Source of the DNA: Planctomycetota bacterium
GTDB taxonomy: Bacteria > Planctomycetota > PLA2 > JAEUHO01
DNA: 64,000 nucleotides
Direction of reading: 5' to 3'
NCBI GenBank assembly: GCA_965223505.1
Contig: CBDCWP010000034.1
Coordinates: 160,001-224,000, forward strand
Position numbers and translations under genes: made by a program. Positions 32,469 through 42,462 of this stretch are shown here, in pieces. The notes under the pieces were generated by a model that searched no databases, had not been told where the DNA came from, and saw only the letters and a list, made by a program, of their open reading frames with translations. How positions within the stretch are numbered: the stretch's first letter is position 1; every line of letters begins with the position of its first letter.

Positions 32469-33548
32469 CTATCGGACGATGGGGCGCGCGTTCGACACGT
32501 CGCTCAACCGATACCGGATCCGGTTCGTCATGAGGTTGTCGCGCAGCTCCATGATCTCGGGGTGGACGGGATCGATGTAGGACGCCCGCGCGGTGTACCG
32601 CTCCGCCTTCGTCCACACCGTCGCATCGTGCATGAACCACGCCATGCTCAGCAGCAACGTGAACTGTGCCTCGTCCAGCTCGTTGAGCTTCGTCAGCACG
32701 TCGCGGCGCATCTCGCTGCCACGCGGCAGGATGCGGCGCAGGCGTCCGAGGTTGCGTCGCGACTGCTGGAAGTTGCCGTCGGCCTTCTCGGCGAGCTTGC
32801 GCGCCTTCGAGACCGAGCCCCGTTCCTGCGCCTTCTTGCACTCCGCGGTGCCCTTGATCCCGAGCTGCAGCAAGCGGACCGCGTCGGCCATGCGCTTGAT
32901 GATCTCCTTGTTCTTCTTCAGCTCGACCGTGGCTTTCTCGAGCTCGGCCTTGGCCAGCGCGGCTTCCTTGTCGAGCTCGCGCACGCGCTTGACCAGCTCG
33001 TCGATCAGCTTGTTGATCTCCCGCGCGTTCGGCGCCGACGCGAAGTGGAGCCGCAGCTCGCCGGCCGTCTTCAGCGCCGCCTCGAGATCGCCGGCTTCGG
33101 CCTGCTTCTTCGCGCGGTTCACGCCCGCGCGGACGGCGTCGGTCTCCGCCGCCCGTGCCAAGCCCTCGAACTGCTTCTTGTTGATCGCTCCGAGGTAGTA
33201 CGCCTTCTCGTACTCGGTGCGCGCTTCGGCATAGAGCCCGATGTCCGCCGCCAGCTCCGCGAGCTTCATGCGCGCCTTGCCGTCGGCGGGCGGCGCGAGA
33301 GCGGCCTTCACGCGGAAGACGCCCAGCGGCGTGATCTGCGTCCACGGCACGCGGCGGACCTTGTCCGGACCGACCGCCAGCACGACCTCCTTGGCCGACG
33401 CGGACTGCACGACGCCCGTGAGCGACTTGCCGTTCAGCAGCGGAATCTCGACAGGTCGCTCGTCGCCCGCCAGCGCGGGGAGGGCTCCCAGGAAGAGCAG
33501 GGTCAGGAGCGCGATGGCCGGCACGCGCAGGGGACGGATTCCGGGCAT
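32469..33548 (-). CDS. Secreted helical hypothetical protein
   Basis: Signal peptide ending ALA; TPR/coiled-coil-like helices. Confidence 0.75.
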   Translation of the reverse strand: MPGIRPLRVPAIALLTLLFLGALPALAGDERPVEIPLLNGKSLTGVVQSASAKEVVLAVGPDKVRRVPWTQITPLGVFRVKAALAPPADGKARMKLAELAADIGLYAEARTEYEKAYYLGAINKKQFEGLARAAETDAVRAGVNRAKKQAEAGDLEAALKTAGELRLHFASAPNAREINKLIDELVKRVRELDKEAALAKAELEKATVELKKNKEIIKRMADAVRLLQLGIKGTAECKKAQERGSVSKARKLAEKADGNFQQSRRNLGRLRRILPRGSEMRRDVLTKLNELDEAQFTLLLSMAWFMHDATVWTKAERYTARASYIDPVHPEIMELRDNLMTNRIRYRLSDVSNARPIVR

Positions 33549-33800
33549 GGGTGAGTCTCCAGGACCATTCTAGGAACGCCGCGCGCCCGCGAACGCCTCC
33601 AGTTTCCCATCGGGCCCGGCACGGGCTCTCAATTGCCGTCCCGCTCAACGCAGGGCGCCATCGTCTCTTCGCGAGACCGGTGAGACCGAAGCGAGCCGGA
33701 GCGACGACGAGGGTTCCGGCCGGAGGCGTGCTTCAGCACGTCGAGGACCGGGTTCCGAGTCGGTGCCCGGCGCAGCGAGGGGATCGCCGGTCGCAGCACG

Positions 33801-34892
33801 CTAGCCGGCGCCGCTCCCCTTCAGGACGTTGGTCCGGTCCAGGACCCGCTTGTACTTGTCCAGCAGGTCGGCGGCGTTGATCCGCTGGTCGCGGTGCGTC
33901 GCCGGATCCGTGATCTTGAGGTACTGCTCGAGGTCGCGCACCGCCAGGCTGTACTGGTGCAGGTTGGCGTAGGCCTGGGCCCGCTCCACGTACGCGGCGG
34001 GGACGGCCGAGTCCATCTCGATCACCTTGCTGAACTCGCGCACCGCCGAGCCGAACTCGTCGCGGCGCATGTGCACCGAGCCGACCAGCAGGTGCATCTT
34101 CTTTTCCTTCTCCGCGGCGCCGTGCATCTTCTCGAGGAAGAACTGACGCTGCTGGCGCGTGACGTTCTGGGTGCCCGCCGTCTTGATCCAGTCGTCCATC
34201 TCGCGCTTCCAGTTCTGCTGGCTGCGACGGCTGAGCTCGATGTAGCGCTTCGCGTAGTCGAGTCCTGCGGTGTCGTTCCCGAGCTGCAGGTGTGCCTTCG
34301 CGAGGCCGGCGAGCGCGTACTGGTTCTCCTTCGAGGTCGCCAGGACGCGCTCGTAGATCGGCACCGCCTTGCGCAGCAGGTCGTTGCGCTTCGTGGTCTG
34401 GATCGAGAGGTTCGTGTTGGCCTCGGCGCGGTCGATGTTGGGGTTGTGGGCGAGACGGTGCTGGATCAGCCGTACGTCGCGGTCGTAGTAGTCGGCCAGC
34501 GCCGAGTACACCTGCGCGTAGTCCTTCTGGACCTCGAACCGGCGATCACCGTGCTCCGGGTGCGTCCAGTCGAGCCCGACGATCTCCTTGTAGTATGCCT
34601 CGGCCGTGCGCAGCGCGTCCACGCTGCCGATGCCGTACAGTGCGCGCGCCTTGCCCCACTTGGCCTTCTTGTTGTTGGGGTCCTCGAGCAGGACCTTGTC
34701 CCACTGCTCGACGGAGTCCTCGTAGCGGCGCCCCTCGTAGTAGGTGAGCGCGTGCGACTCGTAGTACTCGATCTTGGCCTGGCGGTCCTTCTCCTCGTCG
34801 CGATCGTCGGGCGTGAGGGGGATCGAAGAACCCTGGCAACCCGTGAGCACGAGCAGGCCGGCGAGGGCGAAGGAAGCGGCGATGGAGCGCAT
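33801..34892 (-). CDS. TPR-repeat lipoprotein
   Basis: Lipobox LTGC; several TPR-like repeats. Confidence 0.8.
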   Translation of the reverse strand: MRSIAASFALAGLLVLTGCQGSSIPLTPDDRDEEKDRQAKIEYYESHALTYYEGRRYEDSVEQWDKVLLEDPNNKKAKWGKARALYGIGSVDALRTAEAYYKEIVGLDWTHPEHGDRRFEVQKDYAQVYSALADYYDRDVRLIQHRLAHNPNIDRAEANTNLSIQTTKRNDLLRKAVPIYERVLATSKENQYALAGLAKAHLQLGNDTAGLDYAKRYIELSRRSQQNWKREMDDWIKTAGTQNVTRQQRQFFLEKMHGAAEKEKKMHLLVGSVHMRRDEFGSAVREFSKVIEMDSAVPAAYVERAQAYANLHQYSLAVRDLEQYLKITDPATHRDQRINAADLLDKYKRVLDRTNVLKGSGAG

Positions 34893-34972
34893 GTTTCGAC
34901 TCTCCTGTCTGAGCCCCGAATTCTGCGCCGAACGGGTCACATCGTCGTCATACGCGCCTACCGTTACCCGCG

Positions 34973-36436
34973 TTAGGCTCTCGGCCGCGAGGCCTGGAGC
35001 CGGGCCCTGCGCGCCGCATCCAGACGCACGGTCAGCGTCTTCGCGCGCTCGACCGTGACCAGGCCCGGCGCGGCGCTCTTGGGCTTGCGCACGTAGCGCC
35101 GTTCCACATAGTCGACCTCGTTGTGCTCGGCCTCGCGGCGCTTGCTGAACAGGCACGCGAGCTGCGCCGCGTCGAGGAGCGTGTCCTTCGGCACGGTCTT
35201 GCCGCGCGGTGTCGGAACGATGACGTGGCTGCCCGGCGCGCCCCGCACGTGCAGGAACAGGTCGCCCGGCTTGGCGATGCGAAGCGTGAGCGCGTCACTC
35301 TCCCGCGCGTTGCGCCCGACCCAGATCGGCCATCCGTCGAGCGAGACGAACGCCCGGTATCCGGCCGCTTTCGCCGGCTGCCGCTTGGGCGTCTGCGGAC
35401 GCAGGGCGGCTTCGATGTGCGTCCGCGTCTCCGTGTCGAGCGTCGCCAGCGCAACCGTCAACGCGTCTTCGTCGTCGAGCTGGTCGAGCGCGGCGAGGGC
35501 ACGTTCCACGCGCGACACCGCGTCCGCGACCGCGTCGATCGCCGATCCCGCGCGTTCGGCCGCGGCTCTGAGCTTGCGTTCGCGGCGGAAGCACCACGCG
35601 ACCTGCTCGCCCGGCTCGAGCCCCGGCCGAAGCGGCACCTCGACTTCGCGTGGCGGATCGGACTCGTAGTCGAGAACGGTGACCTGCTCGAGGCCGGGTC
35701 GCAGCAGGTGAAACGAACCGCGCAGCAGCTCGCCGCGACGACGAAGCTCGTCCGCCTCGGCGCCGCCGTCGCGCGCCTGCTGAAGCTGCGTGAGGCGCTT
35801 GCCGAGGGTGCGTTGCTTCTTCTTGAGCGCGCGCCGAACCATGGCGCGCGACCGCTCGGACGAGCGCTGCTCGCTCTCCCCCTCGTAACGCTCGACGAGC
35901 TGCGCGGACGCCGAGCGACCCGGCTCCGGCGCGGCGTCGTTCTCGGGCGCCTTCCGTGCCGGCACGGGTTCGAACGTGTCACCCACGGCAGCCGCGCGGG
36001 TCTTGGCGACCTCGCCGCGGCATGTGACCCGTACGACGTCTTCCTCGTCGAGGACGTAGACGTTGGCCTGCCGTCCGAACAGCTCGATCCAGAGCGTGCG
36101 TTCGGCGCCGCGAAGCGTGAAGCGCAGCGCAGCGGCGCGTTCGCCGGAGACGGTCGCCGCGCCCTCGAAGCGTGCGCCCTGGAGAAGATTGCGCATCGAT
36201 GCCGCGAGCGCGCTCGGCTCGGGCGGCGCCTTCGCCGGTGCGTCCAGATGCATGCGCGGAAAGTCGGGATCGAGGTCGATCACGATGTCCGCGCGTCCGT
36301 CGGACGCGTCGAGCGCGACACGAAAGCGAAAACGATCGTCCTGGTGAACGGCGCGGACCTTGGCCGGTGCGCGGGCGTCGATCTCCGCCGCGATGGCGCT
36401 CAGCCATGCCGGAGTGATGCCCCGCAGCGTCGTCAT
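34973..36436 (-). CDS. NFACT / RqcH (FbpA-like) ribosome quality-control protein
   Basis: IELFGRQANV, IWVGRNARESDAL, LHVRGAPGSHV, YVRKPK..PGLV. Confidence 0.9.
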   Translation of the reverse strand: MTTLRGITPAWLSAIAAEIDARAPAKVRAVHQDDRFRFRVALDASDGRADIVIDLDPDFPRMHLDAPAKAPPEPSALAASMRNLLQGARFEGAATVSGERAAALRFTLRGAERTLWIELFGRQANVYVLDEEDVVRVTCRGEVAKTRAAAVGDTFEPVPARKAPENDAAPEPGRSASAQLVERYEGESEQRSSERSRAMVRRALKKKQRTLGKRLTQLQQARDGGAEADELRRRGELLRGSFHLLRPGLEQVTVLDYESDPPREVEVPLRPGLEPGEQVAWCFRRERKLRAAAERAGSAIDAVADAVSRVERALAALDQLDDEDALTVALATLDTETRTHIEAALRPQTPKRQPAKAAGYRAFVSLDGWPIWVGRNARESDALTLRIAKPGDLFLHVRGAPGSHVIVPTPRGKTVPKDTLLDAAQLACLFSKRREAEHNEVDYVERRYVRKPKSAAPGLVTVERAKTLTVRLDAARRARLQASRPRA

Positions 36437-36446
36437 GCAACCGCCG

Positions 36447-36908
36447 TTAGTCGTTGGCGTCGTAGACCCACTTGAGGCGGTCGAGCTCGCCTTCGACCAA
36501 GCCGTCGGGGAAGAACAGGCCGAGCTCCTTCTCGGCGGCCTCGGGGCCGTCGGATCCGTGCACCAGGTTGAACGACCGGCTCATGCCGTAGTCGCCGCGG
36601 ATGGTGCCGGCCGGGGCCGCGCGACCGTCGGTCGGACCCATGAGGCCGCGAACGACGGGGATGGCGTCGTCGCCGCGCCACGCCATGGCGACGATGGGGC
36701 CGGAGCTCATGAAGCCGACGAGACCTTCGAAGAACGGCTTCTCGACGTGCTCGCTGTAGTGCTGTGCGAGCAGATCGCGGGTGCAGACCATCAGCTTCAT
36801 GCCGACCAGCTGCAGTCCCTTCGCCTCGAAGCGCGAGATGACCTGTCCCACCATGCCCCGCTGGACGCCGTCCGGCTTGACCAGCACCAGGGTCGTTTGC
36901 TCCGCCAT
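36447..36908 (-). CDS. ndk: Nucleoside diphosphate kinase
   Basis: KPDGVQR, GTIRGD, NLVHGSD. Confidence 0.98.
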   Translation of the reverse strand: MAEQTTLVLVKPDGVQRGMVGQVISRFEAKGLQLVGMKLMVCTRDLLAQHYSEHVEKPFFEGLVGFMSSGPIVAMAWRGDDAIPVVRGLMGPTDGRAAPAGTIRGDYGMSRSFNLVHGSDGPEAAEKELGLFFPDGLVEGELDRLKWVYDAND

Positions 36909-37128
36909 GTCGATTCCTTTTCTGGGGTTCGGTTGGCGAGATTGTCAACGGCGCGGGCTCGTCGCGAAGAAGAGTCCGCCGCGCCCCATGGCGATGCCGG
37001 GTTTTTCCCTCGACATTCGAACCGGCGAACCCGGCGTCTGCGTGCAAAGTATCGATCCCGGCCTCCGGACGCGGACGGAGAGAAGCAGCCTGCTTCGCGG
37101 CGACCGCGTCGAGGGAAAGAGCAGTCTC

Positions 37129-37650
37129 GTGACCACCATTCTCGCCATTCACAAGAACGGCCGATCCGTGCTGGGCGGCGACGGCCAGGTCACGCTCGGC
37201 GATCACGTCCAGAAGCACGGCGCGGTCAAGGTGCGCGCGCTGAACGACGGCAAGGTCCTCACCGGCTTCGCCGGCGGCGCCGCCGACGCGCTCGCGCTGT
37301 TGGAGCGCTTCGAGGCGAAGCTCGACGGAGCCGGCGGCCGACTGCGCAAGGCCGCCGTGGAGCTCGGCAAGGACTGGCGCACGGACCGCGTGCTGCGGCG
37401 CCTGGAAGCCGTGTTGCTGCTCGCCGACAACGACGAGCTGTTGCTCGTCTCGGGTAACGGCGACGTGATCGCGCCCGACGACGGCGTCCTCAGCACCGGC
37501 AGCGGCGGCGCCGTCGCGGCCGCTGCGGCGCGCGCGCTGTCGCGTCACTCGGACATGGACGCCAGGGCGATCTGCGAGACTGCGCTCGGGATCGCCGGCG
37601 AAATGGACCTCTACACCAACGACCACATCACGATCCTCGAAGCGACCTAG
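37129..37650 (+). CDS. hslV: ATP-dependent protease subunit HslV
   Basis: GTG start then TTIL; GDGQVT, WRTDRVLRRLEA, GSGG. Confidence 0.97.
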   Translation: MTTILAIHKNGRSVLGGDGQVTLGDHVQKHGAVKVRALNDGKVLTGFAGGAADALALLERFEAKLDGAGGRLRKAAVELGKDWRTDRVLRRLEAVLLLADNDELLLVSGNGDVIAPDDGVLSTGSGGAVAAAAARALSRHSDMDARAICETALGIAGEMDLYTNDHITILEAT

Positions 37651-37678
37651 CATCGCGCCCCCGGAAAGACGGACTCCC

Positions 37679-39076
37679 ATGTCCCGCATCAAAGACAAGG
37701 ACCTCACGCCTGCGCGTATCGTCGCGGAGCTCGATCGCTACGTGGTCGGACAGAAAGACGCGAAGCGCGCGGTCGCGGTGGCGATTCGCAATCGCTGGCG
37801 CCGGATGCAGCTTTCCGACGACATGCGCGAGGAGGTCCTGCCGAAGAACATCCTCCTGATCGGCGCGACGGGCGTCGGCAAGACGGAGATCGCCCGGCGC
37901 ATCGCCAACCTCATCGACGCGCCCTTCACGAAGGTGGAAGCGACGAAGTTCACCGAGGTCGGGTACGTCGGGCGCGACGTCGAGCAGATCGTGCGCGATC
38001 TCGTCGAGAACGCCATCGCGGTCGTCCGCGAGAAGGCGCGGCGACGGGTGCAGCGCAAGGCGGAGGAAGCGGCCGAGCAACGGGTGCTCGACGCCTTGAT
38101 CGCGGACTTCGACCCGCGCGACGTCGATCTCGACCCGAACAAGTTCGACTCCACGACGAGCGCCCAGCCGGTGCAGTACGACATGGCCGCGATGCGCATC
38201 AAGTTGCGTGAGCGCTTGCGGGCAGGCGCCCTCGACGACCGCGAGATCACGATCGAGGTGCGCGAAGAAGGCCAGGCGCTCGGCAGCATCTTCGGCGATC
38301 AGACGTTCGCGCAAACGGGGATCGACTTCAGCAAGCTGATGAAGTCGATGGGGCGCGAGCCGCCGTCGAGCACGAAGTCGCGTCGCACGACCGTCAAGGA
38401 GGCGCTCGAGACGTTGGCGACCGACGAAGCGGAGCGTCTCGTCGAGGGAGCGGGCGTGGAGCAGGAGGCGATCCACCTCGTGGAGAACTCCGGCATCGTG
38501 TTCGTCGACGAGATCGACAAGGTCGCGGGCCGCTCGCAGGGCGGCTCGGGCCCGGACGTGTCGCGAGAGGGCGTGCAGCGCGATCTGCTGCCGCTCGTCG
38601 AGGGATCGACGGTCTCGACGCGGCACGGTCCGGTGCGCACGGATCACATCCTGTTCATCGGGGCGGGCGCGTTCCACGTCAGCAAGCCGTCGGATCTCTT
38701 GCCGGAGCTGCAGGGCCGGTTCCCGATTCGCGTGCGACTCGACGACCTCACCGAGGCGGACTTCGTTCGGATCCTGCGCGAGCCGCGGAACGCGCTGCCG
38801 AAGCAGTACGAGGCGTTGCTCTCGACCGAGAAGCTCAAGCTGTCGGTGACGGACGACGGGATCGAGGAGATTGCTCGCGTCGCGGCGCGCGCCAATGCCG
38901 AGCACGAGAACATCGGGGCGCGGCGGCTGGCGACGGTGATCGAGCGGGTGTTGGACGGCGTGTCGTTCGACGCACCGCAGATGGCCGGCGAGAAGGTGAA
39001 GGTCGATCGCGCCTATGTGCGTGAGCGTGTCGAGGACCTCATCGAGGACCGCGATCTGTCGAAGTACGTCCTGTAG
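37679..39076 (+). CDS. hslU: ATP-dependent protease ATPase subunit HslU
   Basis: GVGKTEIARR, GYVGRDV, DEIDK, ELQGRFP. Confidence 0.98.
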   Translation: MSRIKDKDLTPARIVAELDRYVVGQKDAKRAVAVAIRNRWRRMQLSDDMREEVLPKNILLIGATGVGKTEIARRIANLIDAPFTKVEATKFTEVGYVGRDVEQIVRDLVENAIAVVREKARRRVQRKAEEAAEQRVLDALIADFDPRDVDLDPNKFDSTTSAQPVQYDMAAMRIKLRERLRAGALDDREITIEVREEGQALGSIFGDQTFAQTGIDFSKLMKSMGREPPSSTKSRRTTVKEALETLATDEAERLVEGAGVEQEAIHLVENSGIVFVDEIDKVAGRSQGGSGPDVSREGVQRDLLPLVEGSTVSTRHGPVRTDHILFIGAGAFHVSKPSDLLPELQGRFPIRVRLDDLTEADFVRILREPRNALPKQYEALLSTEKLKLSVTDDGIEEIARVAARANAEHENIGARRLATVIERVLDGVSFDAPQMAGEKVKVDRAYVRERVEDLIEDRDLSKYVL

Positions 39077-39084
39077 CCGACAAT

Positions 39085-39167
39085 CGGTACCGGGTTTTTT
39101 CCGACGGACACGCGGGGGCGCGCACGGCGCGGACGCGTCCCGACCCGTCGAAAAAAACCCGGTACCG
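39085..39167. repeat. Long inverted repeat between hslU and aspS
   Basis: cggtaccgggtttttt.cgacgg ... ccgtcgaaaaaaacccggtaccg. Confidence 0.75.
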
Positions 39168-39239
39168 TATGACGACCGTGGTCGGCAACCGGGACGCCGG
39201 TACCCTGTGCCGTTCCCGCCACGGATGCACGAGAGCAAC

Positions 39240-41066
39240 ATGAAAACCACGCTGCGTACACACACCTGCGGCGAGCTGCGGTCCGATCACGTCGGCGACA
39301 CCGTCACGCTCTGCGGCTGGGTCAACGTCGTCCGGAACCAGGGCGGCGTTCTGTTCGTGGATCTCAGGGACCGCTACGGCGTCACCCAGATCACGTTCCG
39401 CGGCGACAAGGACGCAAGCCTGCTCGAGAACGCCGAACGCGTACGCCCCGAGTGGGTCCTGCGCGTCACGGGCGCCGTCATCCGACGCCCGCCCGAGGCC
39501 GCGAACCCCAACCTGGACACCGGCGAGATCGAGGTCGAGGCCGACGCGCTCGCGGTGCTCTCCGAGAGCCGCACCCCGCCGTTCCCGCTCGACGACCGCT
39601 CCGAGGTCAGTGCCGAGATCCGGCTACGCCACCGCTACCTGGACCTGCGACGTACGCACATGACCAAGATGATCGCGGGGCGCGCGGCCATCGCGTCCGA
39701 CGTACGCGCCCATCTCGAGGCCCACGGATTCGTGGACATCGAGACGCCGACGCTGATTCGCTCGACCCCGGAAGGCGCGCGCGACTATCTCGTGCCGAGC
39801 CGCGTGCATCCGGGCACCTGCTACGCGCTTCCGCAGTCGCCGCAGCTCTTCAAGCAGCTGCTGATGGTGGGGGGGCAGGACCGCTACTACCAGATCGCGC
39901 GCTGCTACCGCGACGAGGACCTGCGCGCCGACCGCCAGCCCGAGTTCACGCAGGTGGACATCGAGGCGTCGTTCGTCGAACAGGACGACGTGTTCGAGCT
40001 GCTCGAGTCGCTCACCGTCGCGCTCGTGAAGAAGTGGCGCGGGCACGAGCTGACGGCGCCGTTCCAACGCATGACGCACGAGGAGGCGATGCGCCGGTTC
40101 GGCAGCGATCGGCCCGACCTGCGCAACCCGCTCGAGCTCGCCGACGTCTCCACCGCGGCGGCCGCCCTCGGCTTCGCGCCGTTCGAAGGCGCGGTGTCGT
40201 CCGGCGGCATGGTCAAGGTCCTCGTCGGACCCGGCGCGGCGAAGCTGTCCCGCAAGGAGATCGACGCGTTCGAGTCCGAGGCGCGCTCGATGGGCGCACC
40301 GGGGCTGGCCTGGACCAAGCTCGGCGAGGAGAAACCCACCGGACCGCTGGCGCGGTTCCTCGACGGCGACGCGGGCAAGGCTTTCCTCGAGGCTGCGGGT
40401 GCGAACACGGGCGACCTCGTCTTGTGCGCGGCCGGCGACGCCGCACTCGTCCACCGCATCCTCTCCGCGCTGCGCGATCGCATGGCGCAGAAGCTCGAGC
40501 TCGTCGACACGACGTGCACCGCCGTGCTCTGGGTGACGGACTTCCCGTTGCTTGCATGGAACGAGGACGAAGGGCGCTTTGCCGCCGAGCACCACCCGTT
40601 TACCTCCCCGCGCGACGAGGACCTCGACGCGCTGTTCGAGGCGGCGGAGAGCGGAGTGAGCGAGGAAAATCGCGCACGCGTCGCGACGATCTGTTCCAAG
40701 GGCTACGACCTCGTCCTCGACGGCCACGAGCTCGCGGGCGGGAGCATCCGCATCCACCGGCAGGACGTGCAGCAGGCGGTCTTCCGCTTGCTGGGCATGG
40801 ACGCCGCGGAGGTCGAGCGCCGCTTCGGTTGGTTCGTCGAGTCGCTGCAGTACGGAACCCCGCCCCACGGCGGGATCGCGATCGGGTTCGACCGACTCGT
40901 GATGTCGCTGCTGGGCGACCAGGGCATTCAGGACGTGATCGCGTTCCCGAAGACGCTGAACGCGTCCGACCTGATGTGCGACGCCCCCGCCGCGGTCGAG
41001 CCCAAGCAGCTCGACGAGCTGGGTTTGGCCTGGAAATCGAAATCGGGGGCCGACGAGAATCGTTGA
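39240..41066 (+). CDS. aspS: Aspartate--tRNA ligase
   Basis: RTHTCGEL, PEGARDY, RDEDLRADRQPEF, PPHGG. Confidence 0.98.
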   Translation: MKTTLRTHTCGELRSDHVGDTVTLCGWVNVVRNQGGVLFVDLRDRYGVTQITFRGDKDASLLENAERVRPEWVLRVTGAVIRRPPEAANPNLDTGEIEVEADALAVLSESRTPPFPLDDRSEVSAEIRLRHRYLDLRRTHMTKMIAGRAAIASDVRAHLEAHGFVDIETPTLIRSTPEGARDYLVPSRVHPGTCYALPQSPQLFKQLLMVGGQDRYYQIARCYRDEDLRADRQPEFTQVDIEASFVEQDDVFELLESLTVALVKKWRGHELTAPFQRMTHEEAMRRFGSDRPDLRNPLELADVSTAAAALGFAPFEGAVSSGGMVKVLVGPGAAKLSRKEIDAFESEARSMGAPGLAWTKLGEEKPTGPLARFLDGDAGKAFLEAAGANTGDLVLCAAGDAALVHRILSALRDRMAQKLELVDTTCTAVLWVTDFPLLAWNEDEGRFAAEHHPFTSPRDEDLDALFEAAESGVSEENRARVATICSKGYDLVLDGHELAGGSIRIHRQDVQQAVFRLLGMDAAEVERRFGWFVESLQYGTPPHGGIAIGFDRLVMSLLGDQGIQDVIAFPKTLNASDLMCDAPAAVEPKQLDELGLAWKSKSGADENR

Positions 41067-41098
41067 TCCCGCTACCGTCCCGATCGAGGTGAACTGAC

Positions 41099-42331
41099 AT
41101 GTCGATGCGATCGACCGCGATCCTGCTGCTCGTCCTCGCGGTGGTCGCAGGCGCGTTCTTCGCCTTGCGCTCGTGCGACCGCGAAGAGGAGATCCCGCTC
41201 GACGAGCTGTTTCTCCTGTTGGATCAGGTCGAAGAGGGCACGCAGCAAGAGGAGGTCATCCAGCGACTTGGACGGCGCGGCCGCGCCGAACCGGAAGAGA
41301 TGATCCCGCTGTTCATCGAGCGCCTACGCAAGGAACGAGCGGACCCCGAGTCCTCCGTGATCGAGTTCACCGTGCCCTACAGCAAGACGACGCTCGACGA
41401 ATCGGCGCGAAAGCAGGAGCTGAGAGAGATCGGGCTCGCAATGACTCGGCGTCAGAACGTGTACGGGTTCGCCGGGGTCACGGTCCGCGTCGTCGGCCTC
41501 ACGACGGACGGCGACGGCGTGATCCAGCTCGAAGTGCCCCGTCCGTTCGACGAAGCCGAAGAGGCGGCGCTGTTGCAGCAGCGATTGCGGCTCATGTCGG
41601 CGCCTGGTTCGTCGGAGCTGCTGGTCGTCGCGGAACCGCCCGCGGAGGGCCTGAAGCCGCCGTCGCTTTGGGACGGCGACCGCGCTTCGTTCGATGCGTT
41701 CGTCGAGGAAGAGCGCGCGCGCCTGTCCAAGGCCGAGGCCGCAGAGGAGTCGCTCGTTCCCGACAAGCGGGGCTATCGGCTGGTACCGCTGCGGCCCCAG
41801 GCGCCGGGCAAGCCGCCCCGCTTGATCGTCTGTGTCGAGCCGGCGTCGCCGGCGGAGCAGTTCCGCGGCGATAGCTTCGAGCTGATCGACGCGCTCGATC
41901 CGCGCACCAATCGCCTGCTGTTCCAGATGACCCCGTCGCCGGACCGCCTGAAGGACCTCGAGGCGTGGTCGACCAAGCATCTCCACCGCGATGTCGCCAT
42001 CGTCGTGAACGGCCGGGCCGAGGTGGTCGCGCGCGTTCGCCAGCCGATCACGGGGCGCATGGACATCGACGTCGGTCCGCTCAGCGAGGTCAACCGGCGG
42101 TGGGTGGGGTCAGTACGCCGCGCCATCGCCGCGCCGTACCCGCGGGAGATCGAGGGCCGCATCCTGCCGAACGACCCGCGCGAGCTCAGCACGAAGATGG
42201 CCCGCGTGCTCGCCGCGTGTGGCCCGGCCGCTGATCCGTATCTGGAGGCCCTGCAGCAGGAGGGCGGCTCGCTCGCCCGCCGGGCCCGCTGGGCGCGCGA
42301 GGAGCTGGCGAAGGCAGAAGCCATCAAGTAG
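41099..42331 (+). CDS. Membrane-anchored protein with a SecD P1-head-like region
   Basis: N-terminal TM helix; KHLHRDVAIVVNG...RQPITG resembles the SecD head. Confidence 0.55.
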   Translation: MSMRSTAILLLVLAVVAGAFFALRSCDREEEIPLDELFLLLDQVEEGTQQEEVIQRLGRRGRAEPEEMIPLFIERLRKERADPESSVIEFTVPYSKTTLDESARKQELREIGLAMTRRQNVYGFAGVTVRVVGLTTDGDGVIQLEVPRPFDEAEEAALLQQRLRLMSAPGSSELLVVAEPPAEGLKPPSLWDGDRASFDAFVEEERARLSKAEAAEESLVPDKRGYRLVPLRPQAPGKPPRLIVCVEPASPAEQFRGDSFELIDALDPRTNRLLFQMTPSPDRLKDLEAWSTKHLHRDVAIVVNGRAEVVARVRQPITGRMDIDVGPLSEVNRRWVGSVRRAIAAPYPREIEGRILPNDPRELSTKMARVLAACGPAADPYLEALQQEGGSLARRARWAREELAKAEAIK

Positions 42332-42462
42332 TCGGCGTGCCGCCGGTGATTCCCTGCCCCGAACGTCCGGATTCTCGGGGGCCCGTGTACCTTGTTGCGT
42401 CCGCCGCAGAAACGCGCAATGGAGCGTGTTTCCGGCCCGAATCGCGAAAGGAGCGAACTCCC

